A stretch of 63,887 bases of DNA, counting the filler, from Reclinomonas americana ATCC 50394 (taxonomy: Eukaryota), in NCBI GenBank assembly GCA_048213135.1. It is 7 parts of 6 records of this genome, joined end to end, with 100 filler letters (N's around TTAATTAATTAA, not from the genome) between each part and the next. Parts side by side here need not be neighbours in the genome. Positions count along the whole stretch, not along the records: positions 7,805 to 22,377 come from PS015489.1; positions 22,478 to 45,735 come from PS015490.1; 5 more parts are not named here. One strand, 5' to 3'. The translations under genes and the position numbers were made by a program. The stretch's first letter is position 1; every line of letters begins with the position of its first letter. This document shows positions 10,793-22,683 of the stretch, piece by piece. A model generated the notes under the pieces. It had not been told where the DNA came from and made no database searches. It saw nothing but the letters and a program-made list of their open reading frames with translations.

Positions 10793-13700
10793 CTACGCGA
10801 CAATCTGGTCAAAGCCATAGATGAGCTTGAATCGCAGCTCATCCGACAACAGACGCATGTGCGTAAAGACAAAATTCAGCGAGCTGATGCTCATTGTAAA
10901 GTCCGCGTAACGCGTCCGGTGCACCGCCAGCTCCTCGACAGCCTCCGGCACAAATCGGTACCGCCGCTCGCCGGCCACCGCAGCAACAGCGGCTGCGGCG
11001 ACAGCAGCAGCAGCCACCAGACCTTTCGATGGGGAGGCCCCTGGTGTGCGGCGGTGTGGCACTGCACGGGCCACCATGGGTCGCGGGCTCACGCGCACGG
11101 CCGCCGACTTTTCGCTCGCCGACAGCGCACGTGTCGGCGTCACCGACCCGCTGACTGGCAGTTCGGCGGGGCTGTCGCATCGAGGCCGCGGCGGCATGCC
11201 GGCACCCTCGTCGTCATCGCCGCGGGATGGGAACGCCGCATCCACAGCATCGCTGGCTGCGTCGGCTTCGCTGTCGTCCTCGTCGAGATTGCTACATCGG
11301 TGACTGCGGTCGGTCAGGCTGCGGTCGGTGAGAGGCGACGAACTCTTCCGACCAATGTCCGTGTCAAAGTTCAAGAAGAAGACGGTCAGCGGTGACAGGT
11401 TGGCCGGCTGTTTGCAGGTGTCAGTTACGTGATGGGAAGGGAGGGCGAAGGGAGCTGCGACGCAACGTTAATGACTTCGATGTAGCCGTGCGGAACGTCG
11501 GGCGTGGGCGTCGGCTGCAAATGCAACTCCGAGGTCTCGTCGTCGGCCGTCGACGACCGCGCCGGACTCGGTGCATCGATCTGATCCAGACCCTCCACCG
11601 GGGCCCAAGGTGTGGTAGTGGCCGAGCGCGGTAATCTCCGCAGCGGCGACATGGAGACGGTGGTGTCACTGGGAGCGACGGTGGCGGGTGGTGCCTCGGC
11701 AATAATCTCGGTGAACGAGCGTCGCCGCAATCGATTGTGGCCTGCAAGAACGGTGAGCGAGAGCAAACAAACAGCATGACGGCTGTGTTGACTCACCCAT
11801 CAGAGCCCGCTGATACAAATCCTTGTGCTGGGAGATATCTTGCACAAGAATGTCACGCGCCGTGCGCAACACATGCTGCACGCTCTCCATGGCACTCGTT
11901 TTGCAGTAGAACCATAGTGGACCGTAGTTGGGATCGGCGTTGAGGCACATTTGCTCCAGCTGCACGCTGTCGCCGAGATTTCCGTCGCGCAGCAACTCCA
12001 GCCGCAACAACTCGATGAACGAGTCACCGTACTGCGGTGTGAACTTGATGGCAAAGCGCAGGTACGACTCGGCTGTGATCGAGGCAGGTGAGTAGCGTGC
12101 AACGCACAAACGGGATTCGCACACACGCACCTTTGCGCAGGTTGAACTTGGCGGAGAGTGGATTCATGCGTATGCGTGCACCTTCGCACCACACCTCGCC
12201 ACTCTTCGGCACCTCTTGCAGGGCCTGCTTGAACACGGTCCACTGGGCATCCTCGCCACCAATGTGCTTCAGGTGAATGAGGAGGGCCCACAGGCGACCC
12301 GTTGATGGATGGATCTGCGACACAAATGACTGCATGAGACAACCGAGAGAAGAGAGAGTGAATTGTGGGGAAAGGACACCAACCTGCAACGCTTCTTCGG
12401 TCTGCTTCAGGGCCGCTTGCAAATCATTCGAACGCATCGCCAGCATGATGGACTCGAGGAAAATCTGTGCACAGTTCAGTCAACCAGTGCAGACACGTGC
12501 TTCTCTCGCTGCTCACAAAGGCACCAACCTTCCACTCGTACCCCGACTCGTCCTTGCCGCAGCTGAGCATCGCCTCGGCCTCGCTGATGCGGTTGCAGTA
12601 TTCGTGCAGTCGGCTCCACTCAATGTACACACACGCCTTGGCCTTTTTCGGTGCATCCTTCAGTGCCTGCACCAACAACTCCTGCGCTCGTTGCTCGAAT
12701 CCAGCGCGTGTCTCGAGTCGTGCGCCTACGACAAACAAACACGAAGCGTGAGTGACATGCATCGCCAACAGTGCGCTCTCGACAACATGGTACGCAACCA
12801 GCAATCCATATTTTCCACTGCATGGTGGCCGGGCATTGTTCCAGGCTGCGCAAGTAGGCGTTCCGCGCCTCTTCCAAGCAACCCGCACGCTCCTCCACCT
12901 GCGCCGCCTCAAAGTACAACTTCCACACCAGTTCCTGCACATCGCCACTCGGTGAGTCGCAGAGAAAACAAAAGTCACCGTCGCCAACCCACACACACAC
13001 CTTGGAGACGTTGCTGGCGGCTCGAGCAACGGTACTGCGAATCTCTTGCAAGGCGGCCGCCAGTGGTCGGTGTTGCGACAGGCATCGCTTCTCCAGTAAC
13101 CGCAGGCGAGTGAACCACAGCGCCGCATACCGTGGAATCAACTCGAGTCCACGATCGCAGATGCGCATGGCGGCATCGCAATCCTCCTGTCGCTCCTCAA
13201 ACACCGTGGCTTCGTTGTACAGTGGACCCGACGGCACTACGTTGTGCAGTAGATACTGCATATGAAGACATTGGTGAGCAGACACATACGTACTGTGCGC
13301 GTGCGCTCGGACATACCCTAAATATTCTGCGCGCCATGGGCACGTCGCCGGCACGCGCCTCCATGTGTGCACCCTCAGCCCATACTCTCCAACACCGCTC
13401 GGCAGCCGAACGATCGAGTCGCGACAGAATGTGTCGGGCCACCGACAGCTGCTGGATTTGTTCCGCCACTCGCACACCCTTGATCAGCAGCGGTTCGACA
13501 TCCGAGCAATAGTCGAGAGCGGCAAGCATAAGTTTCTGCACGCATAGCGAGTGAGTGTGGGACTGTCGGCAGAGAAGCGCATCATCAAGAAGCGGTCGCA
13601 CTCACCAGGCATCGATGCATCTTGCCGCTCTCCTCCTCCACCTTGACGCGCTCCAGCCACACGCTGGCCTCGTATGGATTGTAGTTGCAGGTGCGGGCAA

Positions 13701-16230
13701 ACCACTGCCGCGCCTCCTTCTCCATGCCACGCTTCTTGGCTGCGTGTGCCACCTCCAGCGTCAACTTCCACAGCGCACTGGGGCTGAACTGCAGTCGATA
13801 TCGGTTCGCCAAGGCCACCACCGTGGTAAACGGTATGGAGTTGCTGTCTTCGTGCGAATCCTTGAGTTCTCTGCTGAACTCCTTGAACAAAATCTTGTCC
13901 TCGGCGGTCTCCACCGGCGGACCCGACGGCAGAACCGGAGCAGACGGCCACTGCACTTCATCGTACCCAACTGCAAAATAGGCAAAAGAAGTGAGCGCGC
14001 CCTTGACAGTGAAAGGGCAGAATTCTGGTACCACGCAACGAGAGGCAGGCATAGGAGACGGTGGCAAGAAGCTGGAGGACGCAGCCGACGAGTGACCGGG
14101 GCGTGATACTCTGTCCGAGCTCACGACGCCACTGCGAGAACGGATGTCAGTGAGAATCGGTGGCACGGTATGTGGGCGTGACAATCGATCGTACCTCTCA
14201 TCCGAGCTGGCACTGTCGACCACATCATCCAAGTCCGCATCGTCGACACTCGACATGGGCGACGCAGACTCGGTGGGACTCTCCGGCTCCGTGTGTGTCA
14301 AGAACGACGACAAGTCCGCTTGCAGTTGTGCTCGACTGTGGCCGGCATAGGGGTTGGCGACGAGCGAGTCTTCCGCGACCGCAGCAGCTGACGACACATC
14401 GTGGAAAGACGAGCCGGAATGCTGGCGCGAGTGAACTGGCGTGGAGGTCGGCGTTGTTGTTGTAGCACCGGCGGCCAGCGAGCCAGTCGAGGCTCCCTGT
14501 GTGCCCACTGTCGGCGGCGGCAATCCCGAGAACCCGCCGGTCATCATCTGATCGTAGCCAATCGCCGGATGCAACGACGGCGACAGTGGTGGAGGCAGGG
14601 AACTGGGAATGGCACCAACAAACGCACTACTGGCCGGGCTTTGCGGAGCCGAGTAGGGGGGAGCACGAGAAACGCCGCCACCGCCACCGCCACCACCACC
14701 AATAATGCCACCGACGCCACCGCCGTTGCCACCGCCTCCGCCGCCACCACCACTACCCAGTGCTCCTGGGCGATGCAGTTCAAAGGCAAACAGCGACGTC
14801 TCTGATGAGGCCGTCATTGGTGGCGAAGGTCCGTAGCCTGGCGGCTGTTGGAGACTGCGCGGTGCAATCAAGTCGCCAAACATGGTGGACGATGCCGACG
14901 AGGCAGCCGAGGGCGCCGTGGAGATGACGGTGGACAGCGAGTTGCCCGAGACCATGGACGACACCGACGAGGCCGAGGAGGACGAGGAGGTGAACGAGGT
15001 AGCCGACGACATCGAGGAGGCCAGGTACCTCTGCTGCTGCAGCTGTTGTTGCATCATCATCAATTGTTGCGGAGACGGCATGAGGGACGACTGCGCAGGA
15101 AGCTGCTGCTGCTGTTGCGGTGATGGTTGCGAGTACGCCGGCGGCGACATGGCGCCGGCATAGTAACGCGGTTGCGAGTACAAGGGTGGCATTGGGTACT
15201 GCGGCGGCGACATGGCTTGTTGTTGCTGCTGCTGTTGTTGCTGCAGAAGCGGAGTCGACTGCGGTGGCGATTGTGGTTGTGGTGGCATGTACGTCGATTG
15301 TGTGGCAGCTGGCTGGTAGGCCTGCTGGGCGTACTGGTGATGATGGTGGTGCTGGAGATGGTGATGCTGCTGCTGTTGCTGCTGTTGTTGTTGTTGTTGA
15401 TACGGGACCTGTTGAGGGGCCGCGGCTGGCGGAGCGACAGCGTATAGGGACATGGACGAAGAAGAGGAAGAAGATGGAGAGCCGGACGACGGGTGTCGCT
15501 GGCTGTGGTGCTGGTGGTGTGCGTGGTGATGCTGGTTGTGGTGGTGGCCGTGTAGGCGCTGCGGCGGTTGCTGCTGCTGTTGTTGTTGTTGCTGTTGTTG
15601 TTGTTGTTGTCGAGATGACGTCGGCGACGAGAGCATCTGCGAACTGCTCGCACGAGGTGGCCGTGCGCCCGGAGAGACCGGCGCCCCACCGGCCGCCAAA
15701 GCCATGGCCGACGGTACACTCGGCGGCAACTGGCCGTCGTCTGTGTATTCCAACTTGCGCACCGCCGGTGGTGCATACGACACCGCACCAGCGGCCGTCG
15801 CCACTGGCGAGGCCGACGAGTACGGCGACGGAGAGAAGTACGCCGCCGCCGCCGCCGCCGCTGCTGCTGCGGACGTGCCTGCAGTAGGCACGGCCACTGG
15901 CTGCGGCGCTGCGGCCACGGACGACGTGACAATGCTGGGCGGTGGTGACAGGATCGACGATAATGACGAAGGATCGCCGCCGCCGACGCCGGCACTCAAC
16001 GATCGCTGGTGGTGATGGTGATGATGGTGGTGATGATGGTGCACGACCACGTGCGCCGCCGCTCCACCAACTGCGCCCGCCGCTGTTGCCGCTCCTGCGG
16101 GCGCATAATCAATCATACTCCGATGCGCCGCCATGCGCGGCGGCGACGGTGGCGAGGACGGCGGCTGGGACATGGACGACGAGGAGGACGAGGATGGTGG
16201 CGATGGTGGCGCCAGCGACGAGGCGCGCAT
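10793..16230 (-). CDS. HAT/TPR-repeat protein with a long Q/H/S/P-rich N-terminal region
   Basis: Repeated HAT-like units (NPYEASVWLERVKVEE, WKLYFEAAQVEERAG, ALQEVPKSGEVWCEG, ADPNYGPLWFYCK) across many exons. Poly-Q/poly-H in the first long exon. Start codon uncertain. Confidence 0.75.
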
Positions 16231-16662
16231 ACTCGGAATGAATGGCCGCGCGTTTAGCTGCGAATAGCGATCGTCGGACAAAATGATCGAGAGCGATGGT
16301 GCGAAGAACGGAAAGAGAGAGAGGGCGAGGCGGAGAGAGCGACGCACGCGTGGGAGAGAGGGGAGAGAGCGCGCGTCCGCGTGCGCGATTTTGTGCGATA
16401 TCGATCTCACACAAGCTCAAACTGGCTCTCACTTTTACACTTGACGGCACACACACACACGTCATCGCCGATCGGAAACCACCGCGCACCCTCCATCGCT
16501 CACTCATTCACACACACACACACACTCACTCACTCACACACACCGATCGCTATGACGCGAAAAGAAGCAGAGGAAACAAAAAGTCGGCGGGAGAGAGCTG
16601 CGATCACATCTCGTACGAAAACACCACACACACACAAACCTCATTCACGCCCAAATATCCAT

Positions 16663-19600
16663 ATGATGCCGGCGATGACGGTGCCGCGGTGGTGTACACC
16701 ACGTGCCCTGGTGGCTGCCCAGGATCCATCACCTCCTCCGGTCGCTACTTCGTTCTATGTTTTCTGGGACAGTTGTCTGGTTGTCCGACTGCTCGCTGAC
16801 GTCGACTGTCCCGCGAAGGCGATCTGTGTAAATGGTGAGAAAGGGCATTGTGTGTGTGCGTGAGTGAGTATGCATCATAATGACAGCTTGTTTCAATAGG
16901 ATGTCAGAAGAGTTTCAACAGGAGCTAATGCGCAAGCTGTTGGATACCAAGGAAGCGATCGCGAGAAGACTCTTGTTTGATCACATGCGCGTGGTTGAGT
17001 CGCCAGCTGAGGTGCAGTCGGAGCTGTTGCATTGGCTGCAGTGTCGTGGTGGCTTGTACGGAGAGATTTGTGCCACGGTTTGCGCTCGCTCTGCTGTCAT
17101 TTTGGTGATGGGCGCGCACGACTGATCAGGTATGTCGTGCCAGCCGCGACTTGCTGAATGGTGCTCGGAGTTCTGCGGTGTCGGTGCTATCCTCGCCATT
17201 CATGATCGCGAGGATGCGGATGAATCGCTGCGCGACGCTCTTCTGCGGCCTCTCACGAAGAGGGGTGACGACTCTATCACCGACACGATCAATCGCCTGG
17301 ATGCACGCATGCCGTTTGTCACTGGCGTTTCGGGCATTGGCAAGACACGACAGGTGTTGCGGCTGTCGGAGATTGTGCAGCCAGAGGTGGATGCCATCGT
17401 CAGGCAAAGTTGTGTGGGGGGACGTGATTTCTTCTGTCCACTGCATCCGTACGCTGAACAGCTGTGTGGCTGCGCAGTTCCGGGAGAGCAGTTCACTGGA
17501 GCACGAGTGCTGCAGTTGTTCACTCGATTCGATCACGGCAAGGCGCTTACCTCGCGTGAGAAGACCGCGGAGCGTGGATACGACTTTAGCCACGTGTTGG
17601 CGTTGCGTGCGCTTCACGCTTATTTTGCACGGCGCCAGTGCTACCATGAGTTCGTGGAAGCCGTGCACGCCAAGCAGCGTCGCTTTGCGCTCGTCGACCT
17701 GCGAGACGCTCTCACTGTCATTGCGAGTGATTATCGTCGTCGATTTCCTGACCGCGTCGACGAAAGAAGGTGTGTCAGACTCGCCACCACACCAGTTACC
17801 AGGGCAGTGCTGTACCCACAGTAATTCTTGTCGCAGCTGTCTGGTGGTCTGCTTTGCCATTGACGAGGTGCAGCAGCTCTGGATCAAGGGTGCCGAGTCG
17901 GACGATGCTGCTCGGAGTCAGATTCGAGCCGTCACCAGCGCACTCCGTGGTGTGATGATGAGTGCTCCCGCTGGCCTCCGTCTTCTGCCCGTGCTCAGCG
18001 GCAAGACATATGGCGACATGCGACTGCGGATGTGTGACAGCGGTGCCATGTTGCAAATGACTATTCCGCTGCGCCTCCTCCAGTCACAGTCGGTGGAGCA
18101 CATTCTCACTGAACTGATTGCGACAATGTCGGTGGGGAGTGACTGGGGTCGCAAAGACATCCCAGAAGGTTTGTGGGTTCAGCGCCGCGCTGCGATGCAT
18201 TGGTAGTTTGTGAGAACTCATCACCGAGTCCCCCGTTGTGGAGATCTCCGAGGGCGAGTTGTCGAGCAGCTGAGATGCTGGCGCCAGTCAAGCATGTTTC
18301 TGTGGTACCTGCGAATGGTCGGGTGGCATCCTCGTGCTCTCGCCATGTTTTTGGATGGTGTTCTTGGTGAGAAGGGTGATGCATATGCATGCGTTACATT
18401 TAGACCTTTTGTTGTTCACATGCCATGCAGACGCCCTGGTGACGAGACTGAGGAGAGATGTGGAGGCAGAACACCCGCCGATGTTGCTGCTGCACCTGGA
18501 CTGGCCAGCGGTTGCCGAGCGCGGCTTTGATTGGTTGCCTTCGGCTGTAGACATACAACCGGGCATTTTGAGGGACTCGCTCTGTGGTCGACTGGTGGAG
18601 GTGACGCCTGTGTTGCAGCACCTTGAGGCAGAAGGGATTTTGCACTTGCAGCCTGTGAGTTGCCATGATGATGACTCCGGCAGTGATGCACTTGGAAGCT
18701 CTTCTGTCGAGGTATGTGGTGGGATCCTGGAAGCACGCCTTGTTGTGGTTAGCCGCTGAGTCCGCCGAGTTCTCGCGATCGTCAGCGTGCGAGCATCCAT
18801 GTTCCGTTAGTCCTTCTTCGAGGAGGTTCTCCTGCGTGCTATCAGGCCCGATACGTGGTCGAGTGTGCCACGGAATACTTGACCATTGCAGAAAAGCGGC
18901 GCGTTGAGGTGGAGCTGCGTGTGTCCTCTGGTGCTGATGAGAAGGATGAAAAGGTGAAAAGTGTGCCTTTCTGCAGACCGTCGGTTTCCCTTCTCAATCT
19001 GTGTGCAGGGGCGCGCGTTTGAACGTACGACTGCCCTTTTCCTGCAGCTGCTGCTCCTCGTGCGAGGCGAGTCGGGCGTGGTCAGTTCATGTCGCGTGCG
19101 TGACTTAGTGTTTGGGCTCGGTCAGCGGCCGGAGACGCCAATGTCGGCAATACAAGAGCGGTGGCTGCAGCGCACGGTGGAGATTCCTGCTCTTACTGCT
19201 CGAACGTGTACTGAGCTGGCTTCCGTGCGCAAGCTGAATGTCTCTGAGGTAATGTTAACGCCCTGCTGTATCGCGGAAGCTGTTTCTCATCCCCCGAGTG
19301 GAGCAGTGGTTCGCTGGGGACTCTGACGATGAAGTGCTGCACGATGATGTAGATTACATGGTTGCGTGCTGTTTCAACGCGACTGCCTTGGACACCGTGT
19401 TGACTCCTCTTCTCTACAGCGTTTTCGTTGTGACGAGCGTTCCCAGTGCGTGTTTCTACCAGTTGACGGAGCGCAGGCCGCAGATGCGCTCCTGATGCTT
19501 CGCTTGACCCATGCGGACACCACAGGTCAGTAAGTGCGGTGTGTCTTCGTGTTCTCGCGCACGTTCTGCGGTCTCACTTTGTTGCCACACAGACTGTTCG

Positions 19601-20256
19601 CATATGCTCGTGGTTGTGCAGGCCATGGCGCAACATGCTGTGGATCGTCGGGCCGTTGACAAGTATGTTGGAGAAGTGGTACGTTCCAACGAGTAGCCGT
19701 CTCGCTCGTGTTACCACCTCACATGTGCTCCAGAACGATCTCCACCGTCGGCTGGAAATATACAGAGTATTCGTTGTCGGGCTTCTGATCGCAACCCAGC
19801 GAGTGGTGCTACGTATACCGCCGTCTGCTTTCTTGGACTACACCGTGGTGATGAATTGCAAGACGAAGAATAGCTTCTTTGGCCCACGTTTTGATGGACT
19901 CATGCAACCACTCGGTAATAATTCGTTGTGGCGTGCTATTCATGATAATGACTCATTGTTTTGCATTCGCCGGCCGAGCAGGTTCCGTCAACGTGAACTC
20001 TTGCAGCTCGGCGCTGCTGGCCAGCCTGATCTGCGCTTGCGAGTTGAAGCCGACGAATGCGGCCGCCATGGAGCTGGCCCAAGCCATCGTCAGTCATCGT
20101 GGATGGGAAGGCTACCAGTCTCGAGATGACTTCAAGGCTGCGTGTCAGAAGGAAGGAGATCTTGCTGCACTTCTCATGGGAGTCGATGAAGAACGATTCG
20201 AGGTGTTCGTCGACGGCCTGCGTTTTGGCTTGTGCGCTGCTGCTGGTAGTTCCTGA
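16663..20256 (+). CDS. Crinkler/RHS-type protein: divergent P-loop NTPase + PD-(D/E)xK REase-fold + C-terminal HhH-like domain
   Basis: Walker A GVSGIGKT (17324-17347), Walker B VCFAIDEVQ, GWHPRAL motif, GRAFE helix, FLPVDGAQAADALL..VVVQAM, FFGPRF, then VNVNSCSSALLASL..ELAQAIVSHR..YQSRDDF. 5' exon structure uncertain. Confidence 0.7.
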
Positions 20257-20625
20257 GCCACTGTCATTGCCAGACAGCGGTCAGTGCTTCACTATCCTCG
20301 TCGTTTCCGTGATGTCTCAGTTTCTGGTGCTCACTCAAAATGGTGATTATCACGCAGCTGCCTTGCTGTTTGGATTAGTAAACTTGTTGTTGTTGGTGGT
20401 GGTGGTGCTGAAGAAATCGCTTGGACAGGATTACAGAGGAGATTCATCTTGCGAACTGACGTTCTCAACAAAATGAGTACCCTGCAGCATCAAATGAACA
20501 GCCTTGAGTTTGCAGCCATGCGTCTCTGCTCTTCAAGTGGTGATCGACAAGTCAACATTATTACGCATGGGCTCTTGCTCAGAACCCCCACATCAGTAAC
20601 TTCCTCTAATCCCCTCCCCTCCCTT

Positions 20626-22177
20626 CTACCGCCTGGCCAACACAGCGCACATATTCCCCGCCCCCTTCGACGCATCGGCAAACTCCGCAGTGCTCTCGGC
20701 GCCAATGAACCGATACGAGAGGAAGTGCGGAATGCCGCCCTGATGCTGCACCTCGACGTGCTTGAAGCCGTGCGACTTCAACAGCTGCTGGATCTCCTCC
20801 AGTCGGCCGCCCTCGTCGTGCACCTCGATCGCCACCTGATGGATCCGCGACCAATGATCGTCACGAATGCCGCGCAGCACGTGCAACTCCGCCTTCTCCA
20901 CGTCGATCTTCAGCAGGTCGATGTGCGCAATACCCTGCTCGTCCATCATGTCGGAGAGCGTGCGCAGCGGAGCCTCCACCTCGCGGGTGACAAAGTTGGC
21001 GGCGACTGCGTGGCGCAACAGCCAGTGGCGGGCGAATTGCGGGAGGAGGGCGTACAGGTACCACGGACTGATGCCGAGTTCCCGAGCCACCAGCTGGCGG
21101 TGACCCAAGTGGCGCGACTCCACTTGCGAGAGGAAGTCGGTCATGGTGGCTTGCTCGACAGTCCACCCGAAGGAGGAGGAGCACGACAGGAGGGTGTAGT
21201 TCGGCAGGTAGCTGCGGGTAAGGGAGATGATGGAGAAGGGTGAGGAGAGGGGGAAGGGTGAGACAACAAAGCGCTGCTATTCTTTGCTAAAACAGCGACA
21301 GCATTCTGGCTGCGCCACACAAACAGGATACAAGGTGTTCTCTGCTTTCCATCTCTCACAAGCTCAGTCTGGCATGCAGCTCGCCTCTTGGGGCAGCACG
21401 GATCGCTACTTCATCTCTGTGTCTCTCAAGTGCTCTTGTCTTCTCTCGTTTCCCACTCGGTTTCTCTCAGCAGACACAGGAATCCCTTCACAGGCATGCA
21501 CTGCATGCCGCCCGACCACAAGCTCACCTGAACGTCATCGAGGAGGTCTCGTCGGAGAGGCCCATATTGTAGCAGTGCACACGCTTCGACTTGCACAGCT
21601 CCGCGTTGCGTTGCAGCGCACGAAACACGTGCGGAATCGGCTCGAACGCATGCAACTCCACATCACCACGACACTCCTCGTCGCAGAACGCCATGAACAC
21701 GCCTGTTCCCATATGAATGATATCAGTGCGTGCATGCAAGTAAGGAAAAACATTCTGTTGTGCGCTCACCGATATTCCCGCCCACATCGACGATCACATC
21801 ACCCGGCTTCACACGCAGACCAGCCTGCACATACGATCGCCGCTCAAAGATGTCTTCGCACAGGAAACGAGCCTCGTCGGCATTGACAACAGCCAGCTCC
21901 TTGCGAATCTGCAACCGGAGTCAATGTCGCGCTCACACTTCACACACAGTCGGCAAACACCAACCGTTGTCCCCCGCAATGCAACAGTGGCAACGGCCGA
22001 GCTCGACGAGGCACCAGCACGGCGTCTTCTGCGCACATACAACGCCCAAGGCACCAACACTGAGCATTGACAATCGTAAGAGAGGGCGAGCGCGAACGAT
22101 CGACGAGAGAGGCGCAAGACGAGTACCGAGCAATGCCCACAGCACACTGGCCAGAGCCACAACGCTCACGGCTTGCA
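20626..22177 (-). CDS. FkbM-family SAM-dependent methyltransferase with an N-terminal hydrophobic segment, multi-exon, start uncertain
   Basis: VIVDVGGNIG, LHAFEPIP, YNMGLSD..MTFSYLPNYTLLS, LRTLSD, IDLLKIDVEKAELHVLRGI..WSRIHQVAIEVHD. Confidence 0.9.
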
Positions 22178-22477
22178 TGCAAAGAGAGAAACAGTGTGCA
22201 GAAAATTCCGCACACACTCTTTGTTGTCTCTGTCGCAATGTGGAGAGTTGCTGGTGGCGCCGAGGAAGGCGGTGACGATGAGGCAGCACTGCTCACCGCA
22301 CCGCCTGCGCAGTCAGTTGCAGAGCCGGCAGTAGGCAAGGCCAGCTCATATCGCACAAGCGGTCAGTCACACACACGNNNNNNNNNNNNNNNNNNNNNNN
22401 NNNNNNNNNNNNNNNNNNNNNTTAATTAATTAANNNNNNNNNNNNNNNNNNNNNNNNNNNNNNNNNNNNNNNNNNNN

Positions 22478-22620
<143 letters not shown>

Positions 22621-22683
22621 CAAGCACACACGCACACACGCACAAACATGCACACATGCATTGACACTCTTTCTCACACACAG

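Noticed and set aside
16663..22177. Nuclease next to a methyltransferase as a restriction-modification pair
   Set aside because: FkbM enzymes are small-molecule O-methyltransferases. No DPPY/NPPY or PC DNA-methylase motif is present.
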